DNA of 64,000 nt, taken from the NCBI RefSeq assembly GCF_009914755.1, contig NC_060928.1; one strand, given 5' to 3'. Position numbers and translations under genes: made by a program. The notes beneath the pieces were generated by a model. That model ran no database searches. It was not told the origin of the DNA and saw nothing but the letters and a program-made list of their open reading frames with translations. Origin of the DNA: the human T2T-CHM13v2.0 reference genome, Homo sapiens. Of this stretch, positions 27,646 to 44,097 are shown in pieces; the stretch's first letter is position 1; each line of letters begins with the position of its first letter.

Positions 27646-27781
27646 CAAGAAGCTCCTCAGAAATTGTTGGCAACCTACATTACTGGCATATTTCCAGTGA
27701 ATTAACAAAAGCAGAAACATTTCTGGTTGATGATATAGTTTCTTACAAATCACTTTCCAGCCTTTCTTTCAGCCACTAGTT
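27646..27781 (-). other. Candidate minus-strand exon (136 nt)
   Basis: Acceptor ccttttcttctttcatgttttaAG, donor TTG|GTAAGT followed by (TG)n; ATG at 27720 opens 25 codons to the donor. Confidence 0.4.
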
Positions 27782-28581
27782 CTTAAAACATGAAAGAAGA
27801 AAAGGTACTTTTAATTTGAAAAGTGGTCTATAAACTTCATATGGTAGGGAGGGAGAATTTGCCAACGTGATTAAGTCCATGTGTGAAGGACTAAGTGAAA
27901 GCTTCGGGCATTCTGTCTCACGTTATTTTCACATTTTTTTTTTCCCCCCAATTTACACAACTATGTGGGTGGCCACATGTCTATTTGTTTGCCTTGTTTT
28001 TCAACAAGTGAAACTAGAGGTTGGAAAAGGGAGGCTATAGAGGCATGTCTTTTAACTCATAGAAGTCATGGTTTTATTATTTTCAGATTGAGTCAATGTG
28101 CAACTGAACAAGTTTTCTCATTAGCAGAGCCCAGAAACAGATGGTAGTTGTGCATATGAAGTTACGTTTGTGCCACGTACATACTTGAGAACATTCTTAT
28201 ATTTCATTTTGCTTATACAGTGGTACACCCTCCACTTACACAGCTGGCATAATAAGACACTGTTGGAATACCAATCTTTATATAAGAATTTAAAAAGAGA
28301 AAAACATGCAGAATCCTTACCATATCGATGCTAAAAAGAAGTCAATCCTCCTTAATATACCCTGCTAACTTTCTATGATTTATTTGGTAATAGAAACTGA
28401 CCCTAAGAACTCTACAATTGGATCAAAATGTGTGCTATTCTTAATCAAGTATTCAAAGCTAGTGTGTTCCTTATTTTAAAGATTATATTTTAATAGAATT
28501 TTTACATGACTTTAATAATACATTCTGGCAAGGAACTCCAACCATGCATCTCCCCTCTTTCACTCAGCCCAGCTTCACTTA

Positions 28582-28810
28582 TTGTATAACAAGGTGACTA
28601 AAGTTAATGACAATACATTATATCTTAAAAACTATAAAGAGAATGAATGTTAAGTGCTCTCATCATAAAAATGATAACTATGTGAGGTAATGCATTTGTT
28701 AATTGGCTAGATTTAACCACTTCACAATGTGTCTATATATGTGTGTGTGTGTGTAATATATATTTCAAAACATTATAGTATAAAATGTTATCTGCTCATT
28801 ACCAAAATAA
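28582..28810 (+). mobile_element. L1MA (L1MA5/6-like) 3' terminus
   Basis: ggtgactaaagttaatgacaat...aagtgctctcatcataaaaatgataactatgtgaggtaatgcatttgttaatt. Confidence 0.75.
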
Positions 28811-28999
28811 TAAGATAATAAAGTGGTATAGAGAAAACAATCCAAAAATAAAAGCCTGACCTCCCACAATATAAAAATGGTGGAAAATGATTTATCGCAG
28901 TACAGTATTTTCTTTTGCAGATATGATTTTTCATATCCTAGTTGGCAGTAGTTCTCACAACTTCTCCACAGGTACAGCATCATGACCAGTTCTACCAAG

Positions 29000-31580
29000 A
29001 GCACCCTTTTCTTACATTTCCTTTCATTTCTCCTTCATTTTGCATCGTAACTTTCATCTCCCTTCATGCATACATAAATTTCAAATATGCCTTATCTATT
29101 TTCTTGCCTATTCATGTAGCCTTATAAAACATAGGTTTCTTATATGTGTAGTATATATTTTAGTATATTCATATGGTACTTTGCTACATTATACTTTTTT
29201 TCAAATTTCTACTTAAAAGTCAGTTTTGAATGTCAACCCAAATTCCTATATGTGGTTATATTTCAGTTGTTCATAACATTTTTTGTATATATACCCACTA
29301 TATATAATCTATGTGTTCACATAATAGTAAACACTTGGTTACCACTAGCTTCTCACTATCACAAAAATGCTCCGTGAGCATGCTTATGCTTTTGACTTCA
29401 CGGACCTGTACAAGAAATGTTTAATAATATATATTTAGTATTTCCATATAAATACATAATTTCATTAAGTACTCTCAATTGCTTCCCAAAATGACTATAC
29501 TGACTCTGCTTCCAGTAGTTCATGAAGCTTCCTGTTTCCACACGTCCACATATGTCCATGTTTGCCAATCTGATGAATTTAAGCTGGCAAGAAAAAAAAA
29601 TTTTTTGCTTCTCTTCTGATTACTAGTGGAATTGATAATCTGCCAATTTGTATGATTAGGTAATTTGTATTGTCTTCTGTGAATTCAACATTCATTCATA
29701 TACTTTGCCTATTTTATTTTGGAATTTCTTATGTGTTATCAGAAATCAGAATATGAATGGTCATATTATTTGACCCAACATTTCTAGATATTAAATTTAT
29801 ACTCATTTTGAATAGTCTCTAAATCTGTCATCTATGTCCTTGAACATACATGTAACGTGGTCAAATCCATCAGTTTTCTTGTAAATTACTGTTGAGGAGT
29901 TTGAGGCTACAGTGAGGTATGTTCATGTCACTGCACTTCAGATTAAACAACCAAAGAGACTCTGTCTCTAAACAAAAATAATAAATAAATTATTGCTAGA
30001 CCAATGTATCTTAAAAATATTTTCTTCCCTCACAGTTATAGACATTCTCCTATCTGTATACTTATATTTGTGTGTATTCATACATACACAAACATGTATC
30101 TCATTGTATTACTTTAACATGTAAAACTTAGTTATTTGGATTTCATTTTTCTATATGCTCTGAGGTATGGATTCGACTTTATTTTTACTTAATAGGCTAT
30201 TTTTTTCCCAAGACAATTACACAGCTCATCATTGTCTATTGTTGCTCATTGATTTATGGTGCTATCTTTACCATAAATCAATTTATCCTATACTTATAAC
30301 TCAGTGTGCCAGCTCTGTAATATTTTTATTGGTCTATTAATCTATATCTATTTTTATCTCCACAGTATTTTATTTTATTGAAGTTTAGCGAATATACAAA
30401 AGATATATAAAACATGAGACTACAGCTCAATAAATAAACTTGATTATGATTAAGAAATAAAATATTACTAGCATCCATCCTAATCAATACACCTTGCCTT
30501 CTGTCCAAAGAAAATGACTCTCCTGATCTTTAACACTATAATTATTTAGATTTGCATTAGTTAACTATCAGACATCTGATAAGCTTTAGAAACTGTTTAG
30601 TTATCTATTTATAGCTTAATTATTTTATAGTAGAGAACATGCTGTGTATGATTTCATTCTTTTGAAATTTGTAGACACATGCTCTATTCCATACTCCAAG
30701 GTCAATTTTTGTAAAGGTTTTATGTGTATTTTAAAATGTCTTCTACTGTTTGTCTCTCTGGTGATTCAATCTTCTGTATGCTTATTTTGCTTATTTTTTT
30801 CTTGTTTTATAAATTTCCAGAAGTGTATTAAAATCTCTGATTAAATATACAGTATTGTCTTTTTCTCATTAAATTTCTCATTAAATATATGGTATTGTCT
30901 TTGAAATAGGGGGATTTCAAATCCTCCTATTTTTGCAAAATTAAAGGATAAATTATTATTGTTATATATAGTTTGAATTTATACATCTTCCTGGAAACCT
31001 ATCCTTTAATCTCACTGCTAAATATTTATCTCACTGCTAAAATTTGGGTTAGGTCTTCCATCTTATTATTGCTTTCTATTTCTCTTCCTGTCCTGTGTTT
31101 GCTATTCCCTCTTTTCATATAATAGTTTATTTTGGATTGAATGAGCATTCTCTGTTACTCTATTATTATTCTCCTTTGTTTCTTTCACAGTTACTCTAGA
31201 GAGCATAATGCGCATCCATCTACGTATGCATTCATAAGTGAACATCCATGACTACTAAAAACAGCACCCTATTTTCTCCAGGAAAATGTGAGGATCTTAG
31301 CATGCCTTAGCTCTATTATTGCCCCCTCCTGTTGACTTATGTGCCATTGTTGCCATGTGCTTTAATTGCAAAAACATTTTAAATCTGTGAGCCATTATTA
31401 TTGTTTTTAGTGTGGTCAAAATTCATCGAGATTTATCCATACATTTATCTTTCTGTCGTTCATCATTATGTCCTAATTTTTGAGGTTCCATCTAGGATTC
31501 TTGTTGAAAGACCACATTCTATTATTTTCTTCCCTGCAGATCTAATAATATTAATTCCCTTATTTTCTGTTTGTTTAAAA
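29000..31580 (-). mobile_element. Patchwork of ancient antisense L1 (L1ME-type) fragments
   Basis: tttgccaatctgatg, ttctgattactagtg, tatgatttcattcttttgaaatttgt, ggtcaatttttgtaaa motifs; heavily diverged. Confidence 0.6.
29896..29990 (+). mobile_element. Alu/FRAM 3' fragment
   Basis: aggagtttgaggctacagtgag...cactgcact...gagactctgtctctaaa plus A-rich tail. Confidence 0.8.
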
Positions 31581-31589
31581 AGAAAAAAG

Positions 31590-31896
31590 CTTTTGGAAGG
31601 TGGGAGCGCGTGCGTCACTTGAGCCCAGGAGTTCAACATCAGCCTGAGCAACATGGTGGAACCCCGTCTGTACCAAAAATACAAAAATTAGCTAGGCATG
31701 GTGGCGCATGCCTGTAATCTCAGCTACTCTGGAGGCTGAGGCAGGAGGATCACATGAACCCAGAAGGCAGAGGTTGCAGTGAGCCAAGATCGTGCCACTG
31801 GACTCCAGTGTGGGTGACAGAGCAAGACCCTGTCTCAAAAAGAAAAAAGAAAAAAAAGAAAGAAAAGGAAAAAAGGAAAAAAAAGAAAAAGAAAAA
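31590..31896 (+). mobile_element. Alu SINE, AluJb-like, 5'-truncated, with long (GAn) tail
   Basis: cacttgagcccaggagttc, ggaggatcac, gagcaagaccctgtctc; possible TSD aaagaaaaa(a)gct. Confidence 0.93.
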
Positions 31897-32261
31897 GCTG
31901 AAAGAACATCAATCTCACTCCAAAAATCCACTACAAGATCATTTCTCTTGACTTTATCAGAAAGATGAGTCACAGAAATCAATAGTCAAGAAGGGTAGGT
32001 TCCTCCAACAAGAGGCAGAAAGAAAAGACTGGCTCAACTGTGGTAAAGCATAGGAAGAAGAGCTGAGGCTGCCATACAAATGGGTAAGGAAAGGAGGAGA
32101 TCCAAGAAACTCTCAGTGGTACAAGTATGCAAGAGAGGAATGATCACTACTGTGGGAAGAGGCACATCACTTGCTCTTACTCAAGCTCACTACTTACAGG
32201 GAACAAAAGTCCCAAACTGCTGGGAGAGGGCGGCAATCCCTCTCACTCCCATGGCACAGGT

Positions 32262-32790
32262 TCATGTTAATTTTCTTGAATGATTTTTAAAATGACTAGT
32301 TGACAGTTACTTTCTTTGATTCCTTTAATAATATAATTCTGTTATTTCTGTCTTATTTTTGCTGTCTTATTTCTGTCTTATTTATGCTTCTTTGAAAGGA
32401 GTCTTTCTTTTAAATCTTTTAAATTTTATTGTTGTCTTTGGTTTTTAACAGTTTCAGTACAATGTTGAGGTCTCATTTTATCTATAATTATTATGTTTGA
32501 AATGTGTATTGCTTTTGAACTTATAGTTTTATGGCTTTTATCAATTTTTGAAAATTCTCAGACATTTCATTTCAAATGTTGCTTCTGTCCCATTCCATAG
32601 TTCTTTAACCTCTGAAAGCCCAAATACAAATATATTAGAGCTTATTGTTCTGTCTTTATTTCTCTTGTCTGTCTTCTGTCTTTCCTGAATTTATGTCTCT
32701 CTATGCTTTTTCCTGAATATTTTCTTCTCTGGTGTTTTGCAATTTTGCATTCTTTCTTTATCTACATGTACTTTGTTTTAAAGTCCATCC
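32262..32790 (-). mobile_element. Ancient L1 (L1ME-type) continuation
   Basis: tagttgacagtt, tttcagtacaatg, atcaatttttgaaaattctcag...tcaaatgttgcttctgtcccattc. Confidence 0.55.
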
Positions 32791-32831
32791 AGTGGGCCCT
32801 TAAATTTGGTTCAGAGAATAGAAACTCTTTT

Positions 32832-32990
32832 TGTCAGGGTCATCAGACTTTTACCTTTGCTAAATCCAATGCTCACTCTCTATTTATCATCATATTGGAC
32901 CTATAATCAGCAAGTTCTGTGCTTGATCACCCAATCCCAATAGAAAATATTTTTTTTTCACATAACCTCCTTGATATCCTATTTTTCTTG
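32832..32990 (+). mobile_element. L2 body fragment
   Basis: ttgctaaatccaatgctcact...catcatattggacct...ttgatcac. Confidence 0.7.
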
Positions 32991-35514
32991 TTTTTTAAAA
33001 ATGGAATTCTAGTAAAACTTGACAGAGTTTAGCGGCAATTTCCATTCTGCTAGAACCCTGCGAATAAGATATTATTTTCACTACCTCCAATTGCACTGAA
33101 ATCTGATTTGACTGTAAAAAAGTTCAAATCCATGGGGCATTTCTACTATATTTATATATTTTTTAAAAAACCAAAATATTTATGTTAAAAGGTTATGGAG
33201 TTGACTTCTGTGTATTTCATGAAGAGCCAAATTTCCTACCAAATTCTCATGATATGAACTCAAAGTTTAAAAACTACTTAACTACTGAACTACTTAATGA
33301 AAAAAACAAAATTTTGTATTTTGTGGCTTTCGCCACATGGAACAAATCAGGATTCAAACATAAACTAAAAAATCTGTTAATCTTCTCAGCATTTCCAAAT
33401 ATCTATAAATTTTGTGCTTTTTAGATGTTTGAGTTTTTAAATCATGTGTTTTGTGTCACATAACATACAATAACTAAGTATTGACTCGCTTGGACTACTT
33501 TAGGCCTGAAAATCATTTGCACTAATTCTATTTGTTATTTATTTCCAGAATAGGATTTGTCATTGCATAATGTAGAACCTCAACATTTGAAAAAAATGTA
33601 AAAAGTGTAAAAAAACAAGAAATGTCTGTAGTACTTTGGAATCATTAAATGTAATATCTCAAAAAGAGGCTGGAAAAACAAATTATTAAATCTAAAGTAA
33701 TAGTACCATTTCCAAATACAAATAAAAATACAATTGATACTCAATTTTTTAAATGATAGTATTATACAGGCATGCTTGTTTTTGCTTAGTTACAGCACAT
33801 CAGGAATCACCTAATGCACTACTTACTTCTCTGAATACCTTCAGGTACTTTCAATCTTTTTGATAAAAGCATATTGAATCTAGTACTCCTCTAAACTGAC
33901 AAGGGAGAAGCAGAACAGATAAGGAAAGAGAAAAATAATATGAAAGGAATTGACAGCCAGAAAGATATTGACGAGATGATGAAGGGAACAGAGATAGTTT
34001 ACTATATGTAAATGTGGGCTTTTAATATTTTAAAAAAAATACCTGTTGAATTTCTGGAATCTAATTTTGACTTCTTCCTCTTTGATTATGTGAATCATTA
34101 GTGTGTTGCTGTTCAATATCTTTTGATGAACACTGTATTTCCTTTGGAAATTTTAACTACTCAGTTTCACATATGCTGCACAGTGTGATTTGATACAGAC
34201 TCATGAAATTATAGCAACGTATTGACTGATTCCATGGTCCCTGCCTCTTTGCATGCCTGAGGATATGCTACAGAACAAATCAACAACACACTCATGACAG
34301 TCTCAGGGACAGATGCTCAGTGGGAAAAACTGTTCACCATTCATGGCTTCCAAGCCCTTTGCTGTGCCCTGAGGCACTGCTATGTAAAAGAATGTGCCAA
34401 GTGATTGGTGAAAGAAATGGATCAGCAAGTTTCCACCAGCTGTGACACACAGCATTGGGAGATGACTATTTATTGCTGTTGTGTTAGGCTTCTCACACCA
34501 TTTTCTGCTTGAGCTTGATAAATTTGATCTCTATAAATGCTAGATTTTGCCAACAAGCCAAGAAGTTTTCAGAAACCTCCCTCATACTTTTATTGTGAGA
34601 AAATGCAAATGATCTTGTCGTTAGGGAAAACTGATCTAAGAAAACCTTTTGTAAATTATTCCATGGAGGAAAAACAACTGTCAAGGAAAGATGTGATTTT
34701 TGATTATCCTTGGATCCATTGTTATAGTGACAGATTTTTCTCGGTGACACTGTCTTCAGCATAGGTTAGACTCATAAGGATCTTTGGAGAAAAGTTTGAA
34801 CTATATTATTTTTGAAGCAAATGAGAATTGTTTCTTTATTTGCTGGATATTTTATTGAGATTTATAATTATCATTATAATAAGTTTAAATATGAGTGATT
34901 CTTTTATGAGTGCTTATATGTTTATGTTAATACGTGGAATCTCTTGAGATTGCTCTAGACCTACTACATAATATGATTTTTGCTGTAATATGATTGCCTT
35001 AAATTTAAAATAGTATAATAGTTGATCCTTAGACATAACATTTCTACAAATGAAAGATTGTGTTTAATTCACAATTAATTTGGGTTTTCATTGCCAATTA
35101 GGTGGCACTGAATCAAAAACAAATAACATATTATCAGTTAGACAGGGCATTTTATACACTTTCTAGTTCATCACTTTTCCTCCATTTATCTTACATATTT
35201 TAATAAACTATTTGAAATCAAAGTAGTTTGAAAGACCAAATAAATAATAGTGAAAGAAGATGAGGTCTGATAAATTAAGAAAGTGCACATCCAAACACAG
35301 GAGGGCAAATCTGGAGTTCAAAATAATATTAAGCAACAAACAAAAACTCTAGATCCAAGATGGTATATCATTCCCATGTGGCCTCTAGATAGCTCAAAAA
35401 AGTGATTGTTGATAGCACATATGCACACCCTTAAAGCATTACACTGAAAAAAATTAAACTCTTGTATTCTAATCAACTGCTGATTTTAAAACACTATACA
35501 AGATGATATTTGCC

Positions 35515-35690
35515 CCATGAAACAAATTGAATTTTTTTTATGATTAAGTATAGAGTTTGTTTGAGTGCAAACTTGAGGATAGCCACCTGGAAAACACAGA
35601 CTGCAAATGAAGATCAGTGTTCCAAAGTAAAGAAGTTGAAGATTCACTTAATAGGCAGAGACAGAGAAGTGTTATCAGGATTATAACATC
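35515..35690. mobile_element. ERV1 LTR fragment (MER67-like)
   Basis: agtatagagtttgtttgagtgcaaacttgaggatagccacctggaaaacacagact...taggcagagacagag. Confidence 0.5.
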
Positions 35691-36717
35691 AATTGAATAT
35701 TTTTAATTTTCATCAAAAAACAGAAATATAAATACTAGAATTTATAGCGCTCAATAATGTATAATGAATAATTTCACATAAATGAATAGAAAAGCACATA
35801 TTACTTTTAGCCTGATGGAGACAAAAATTTTCTCAAAGATAATTGTAGTTAGAAACATATGGATATCATTAAAGAAAATATGCATTTTTAAACAATATGC
35901 TAAATAAATATTACACAATAATTTACATGCACTGATAAACATTTATGCTTCAACTATAATCATAAATTATATCCAAAGTAAAGTAATGTGAGCTCAGATC
36001 GTCAGTGTGATAGGAACTCAAAGAGTAACAGTAAAATATACAAAATCAAAGTTCAAATCAAAATAAGTCTTGACAGAAAATTATACCATAATCTACAATC
36101 TCTTCCTTAGACCTTGTTGATATTTTACAAGTTAAGAAATAAAACAAAGCATGTATGTATATTCTACATAGATGGAAGAAAAGGGTGGAAAGAGAAAAAT
36201 GACAATTTGTTATAGAACTTAACCAAGGTTTAACTCACACATGCTTTCTTAATGAAATCACAGATGCTAAAATTGTGCTGTATCAAATTATACAGAAATA
36301 TACCAAAATCAGAGATCCTTCAGCTCAATCTAATACTTGGTTCTTGTAGTACTCTGACAAAGTTCATTTGAGATCATCTTACATAATTTGTCTTTATTGA
36401 ATTAAGTAATTTAAAAGAACATATCATTTTATTATTTATTATATAACAAATGTAGTGCTCAAAGACCCAACATTTAACATGCTAGGATTCGTCAAAAGTT
36501 GCAATTACAATTGCTTAACTTTCAGATAGAGAAAAAATAACTCAGCAAAAATCTAGGTTACAACATTTCTGTTGTTTGAGATTTAAAAAAAATATTTCCA
36601 CAAACTTTTAAACCTTATCAAAACAGTTATATCAAAAGGTTAAAACTCACAGTGTAAAAAACAATTTGAAATTTTTGTATTTTCTTTAATGATTATTTCT
36701 GGTAATCAGAAATAATG

Positions 36718-36990
36718 ATGAAGGTATAAGAGTGATGAATTTACGTTAGAAAACCTTGAAGAATTATAAAAAAGAGACCTAGAAAAGGGGGTATGGTGTC
36801 TGCTTCATAACACATGGAAACTTTCCTTTAATTTTGTTGTTGTTGTTGTTATTGAAAACAAGCATGTATAAAATCATAAGACATAATTAGAGATACCAGC
36901 TTAACATCCTGTCTTTATTGCTTATAAAGCTAAAATCCAAGCAGGAGCATGAAGGTACAAGAGTAATGAATTTACCGTTAGAAAATCTTG
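36718..36990 (+). repeat. Dispersed ~41-bp direct repeat (36718-36758 and 36949-36990)
   Basis: atgaaggtataagagtgatgaattta-cgttagaaaaccttg vs atgaaggtacaagagtaatgaatttaccgttagaaaatcttg. Confidence 0.85.
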
Positions 36991-37182
36991 GACCAAATCC
37001 CACCTCCAATTATTAGAGAAAAAGTTAACTTAACAAGGCTGGGGCTTTGTTTATCACTATGTAAAATGAGAATAATAATATCTGCCATACTTCCTTGAGA
37101 ACTTCACTGAGAATTACATAAATTGCTTCTGTGGAAGTGCTGTGTGAAATGCCGTATCATAAATATGCTATTATTTTATTAT
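36975..37182 (+). mobile_element. MIR (degenerate)
   Basis: tatgtaaaatgagaataataatatctgcc...aagtgctgtgtgaa...aaatatgctattatt. Confidence 0.6.
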
Positions 37183-37689
37183 CACATTCACTAATAATGT
37201 AATAAAAGTCTTATGTTAACATAAACTCTGGCACTCACACATATCAAATTTATTTTTGCAAATTTTCAGTGCCTGGAGCCACAGATCATTTAAAATGTCA
37301 TTCTAATACTATAATTATTTTAGTAAGACTTCCCCTGAAAATTGTATAACATAGTATTTGCAAGTAAATATTTTAATGAATACTTCAGCATGTTACATGA
37401 GTATGTATGGTAATTTAAACTTTAATAAATATTTTCTGATGTTATTCAGAATTCTTAAATAACCAATCTAGTTTTTTTTTTTTTAAAAAAGAAAGAGCAA
37501 TACACAATTTTTACAGTTTATCAGTACAGTGCTTCCACCCGACCCCCTACCCCCATAGGCCACTTTATTGTAAAACACTGAATACAGGATACAGAAAATG
37601 TTTTATCATGGATCTACTCTGATATATGATAGATTTTAAATTTCACATTATTTTTGAATAGGACCACTGCAAGTTAAGAAATTAATAAT

Positions 37690-39265
37690 AAAATATGTCC
37701 CTGGTAGAAGTAAATCAAATCTTTTCTCAAGCTTCACAGGATATCCCAAGCTAAAGGTATGCTGAAAAGAAGTTCACAATTCCAAAATTATTAAACACTG
37801 TAAGCAAAATTCAGCAGTCATAATACCAATAGAATCAGGCAATAAAGAACTTCAACAAGTAATCCTATCAGATAAAAATATAAAATAACTATTTGAAATA
37901 AATAACAAAATATAATAATCAGTTACAATTTTTTAAACTCTCAAAATAGAATATTGGAGAAATATGAGGATAAAATGAAATTATGAAGACAAATAAACAA
38001 AAAATATGAGAGAATAGTTAAGTGGTATCAAGGATAGAATGAAGAAATTTGTTTTGACTAATAGGATTTCCAAATTGGAAGATCAGATAGAATGCAGAGA
38101 GGCAAAATTTGGAAAGACAATGGTTGAGACATTTACCCATGTAAGAACTTGCTTGAATCTTTATTTTGTGATGCAACAAGAACTGAATGAAATAAGTGAA
38201 AATGAATCTACACCTAATTTTATAGTAATAAAAATTACTATAACCCCAAGAGGAAGGAAAACTTAAAAAGCAAATGGAGAGAAAAGAAAAATTATTAAAC
38301 AAAATTATACAAACTAAAAAGATTCTGACAACAGCCTTTGCAAAGGAACAGTAGAAACTGAAATAAATGGAATAATGCATGTATAATGTTGAAAAAAATT
38401 CTCAAAAATTAATATATACTCAGAAAAATGATCAATCAAGATGAGAATGAAATTAAGGTACTTTCAGGCAACAAAAATGGAAACAATTTCCCATTTACAT
38501 ACTATTACTCAAAGAACTACTAAAGGATCTACTTAGGAATAAGGAACCAGAAAAGAGCAATATTAAATAATGAAAATTATAAATCTATATCAATCACTAA
38601 TGTAAATGAAAAATCTGAAGATAGCAATTTAATTTCATATTATCTTAAAAACTATCATTTAAAATAACTAAAAAATCTCTATCCTAGGAATACAGAGAGT
38701 GGCTTTAATTAATAAGTCTATAAATGACCTTTACCATATTGTCAGATTAAAGAAGGGAAACATGACTATCCATTAAAATATAGTTTAATGACTTTGATAA
38801 AATTAAACCCTATTCATGGTAACTTCTAGTGAACTAGTAAGAATAAAAAAATTCAAACTTGAAATGCTTATATTTAGTAAACTAGTATTTTAAAAACTTC
38901 AGCTTGATTAATTTATCATAATAACATTATTCAAAGTAACAAAACATTAGATATTATTAGATAATATTCATTTAAATTAGAATAAGAAGAGTGGCCAAAC
39001 TCACCATTTCTATTCAACATTGTATTTAGAATTCTAGCAAAAGCAATTAAATAAGAAAAAGGTAAAAAAGAAAAGAATGAAATGATACTGTCATTATTAA
39101 CAGGTGATATAACTACAGATCTAGAAACTGAAATAATTTTTAGAAGAAACATTAGAGATTAGCTGATAATCTAATGAGACAGCTGAAATATGATTAATAC
39201 ATGAAGTTTATTATGAGTCACCAAGGAACAAATAGAAAAAATAATATTAAAAAATAAAAATAAAA
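37690..39265 (+). mobile_element. Ancient L1 (L1ME-type) ORF1/ORF2 remnants
   Basis: actcaccatttctattcaacattgtatt.gaattctagcaaaagcaatt, tttgataaaatt motifs; resumes at ~44098. Confidence 0.65.
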
Positions 39266-39269
39266 ACTG

Positions 39270-39353
39270 AGCAAAGTTGAACCCAGGAAAATAATACCAC
39301 TAGGGGGACTGAAACAAACAGAGAAAGAAAGTCAGTAAAGGTGAATTATTGAG
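39270..39353 (-). mobile_element. LTR33-like ERVL LTR, first part
   Basis: gaacccaggaaa..ccactagggggactg..agagaaagaaagtcagtaaaggtgaattattgag; continues at 43742. Confidence 0.5.
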
Positions 39354-39811
39354 TGTGGTGGGCAGAATAATGGCCTCCCAAAAATGCCCATGTCCCAAAA
39401 CCCAGAACCTATGAAAATATTAGATTATATGGCAAAGGGAAATTAAAGTTGCAAATGAAATCACCATTTTGCTTATCATCTAACAAGAAGGATTATCCTG
39501 GACTATAGGGGTGGGTCAAATGTAATCACAAGGGTCCTTAAAAGTAGAAGAGGGAATAAGAATCACAAAAAGAGATTTGATGACAAAATCAGGTTTAGAG
39601 TCATGTAGTGTGAGAAGGAATCAACCTGTCATTGCTGGACAGATGAAAATGGATGAGTGGGCCATGAGTTGAGGAATGTAATCTTCTTTTCTAGAAGCTG
39701 GGAAAGGCAACAAAACAAATTCTCCCCTAGACTTTTCAAAAAGGAACACAATCCTGCTGATAATTTGATTTCAGAACAGGGGAAGCCAATTTGAAATTCT
39801 GACCTTCAGAA
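39354..39811 (+). mobile_element. MLT1D-like MaLR LTR, 5' part
   Basis: tgtggtgggcagaataatggcctcccaaa..gattatcctgga..aatgtaatcacaagggtccttaaaagt..ttctcccctaga. Confidence 0.88.
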
Positions 39812-43389
<3,578 letters not shown>

Positions 43390-43487
43390 GAAATTCTGAC
43401 CTTCAGAACATTAAATTAATATATTTTGTTGTTTTAAGTCATTAAGTTTGTGCTAATTTGTTACAGCAGCAATAGAAAATGAAAACA
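43390..43487 (+). mobile_element. MLT1D-like LTR, 3' part
   Basis: ttctgaccttcagaac..ttgttgttttaagtcattaagtttgtgctaatttgttacagcagcaatagaaaa. Confidence 0.88.
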
Positions 43488-43489
43488 CT

Positions 43490-43741
43490 GGCCATGTGTG
43501 GTGGCTCACACCTGTAATCCCAGCACTTTGGGAGGACGAGGCAGGTGAATCACAAGGTCAGGAGTTCAAGACCAGCCTGACCAATAGGGTGAACCCCATC
43601 TCTCCTAAAAATACAAAAAAATTAGCCGGGTGTGGTGGCAGGCGCCTGTAGTACCAGCTACTTGGGATGCTGAGACAGGAGAATAGCTTGAACCCAGAGG
43701 CAAAGGTTGTAGTGAGCCAAGATAGCACCACTGCACTCCAG
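43490..43741 (+). mobile_element. Alu SINE, AluS (Sg/Sc-like), 3' end and tail deleted
   Basis: gaatcacaaggtcagg (2-nt deletion typical of Sg/Sc/Y); stops abruptly at cactgcactccag. Confidence 0.92.
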
Positions 43742-44097
43742 TGAGCAAGTCAAAGCAGGGGACAGTGTTAATTGATGAAGCTTAATCTCATTGTGGAAAC
43801 CAAAGGAAATACATGGTGAAGAGCACATATCACAGTTATTCCTTCTTTTAATGGGTTGGATGGCATGGGTTTTTATTCATCAATTACTGTTAGTTGTTGT
43901 CTGAGGGCTGGTATAGGATGGGATGTTAACTTCCCAGAACTTTTAGCCTATCCCACACTCTTGGAGAGAGCAGGCTCCAGTGGCCAATGAAGACCTTAGG
44001 ACACAGACACATATGCTGGCAGCCTGACGTCAGGACAGTGTGCAGAAAAGGTTAGTGCTGAAGGAATACGGATAGGGCACTGGCAGCATCAGTTACA
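43742..44097 (-). mobile_element. LTR33-like ERVL LTR, second part
   Basis: tgagggctg..gatgttaacttcccag..gcaggctccagtggcc..gatagggcactggcagcatcagttaca terminus. Confidence 0.6.

Noticed and set aside
36718-36990. Repeat-spacer-repeat pattern as a CRISPR-like array
   Set aside because: Only two imperfect copies with a ~190-bp spacer, in a eukaryotic context with no cas genes
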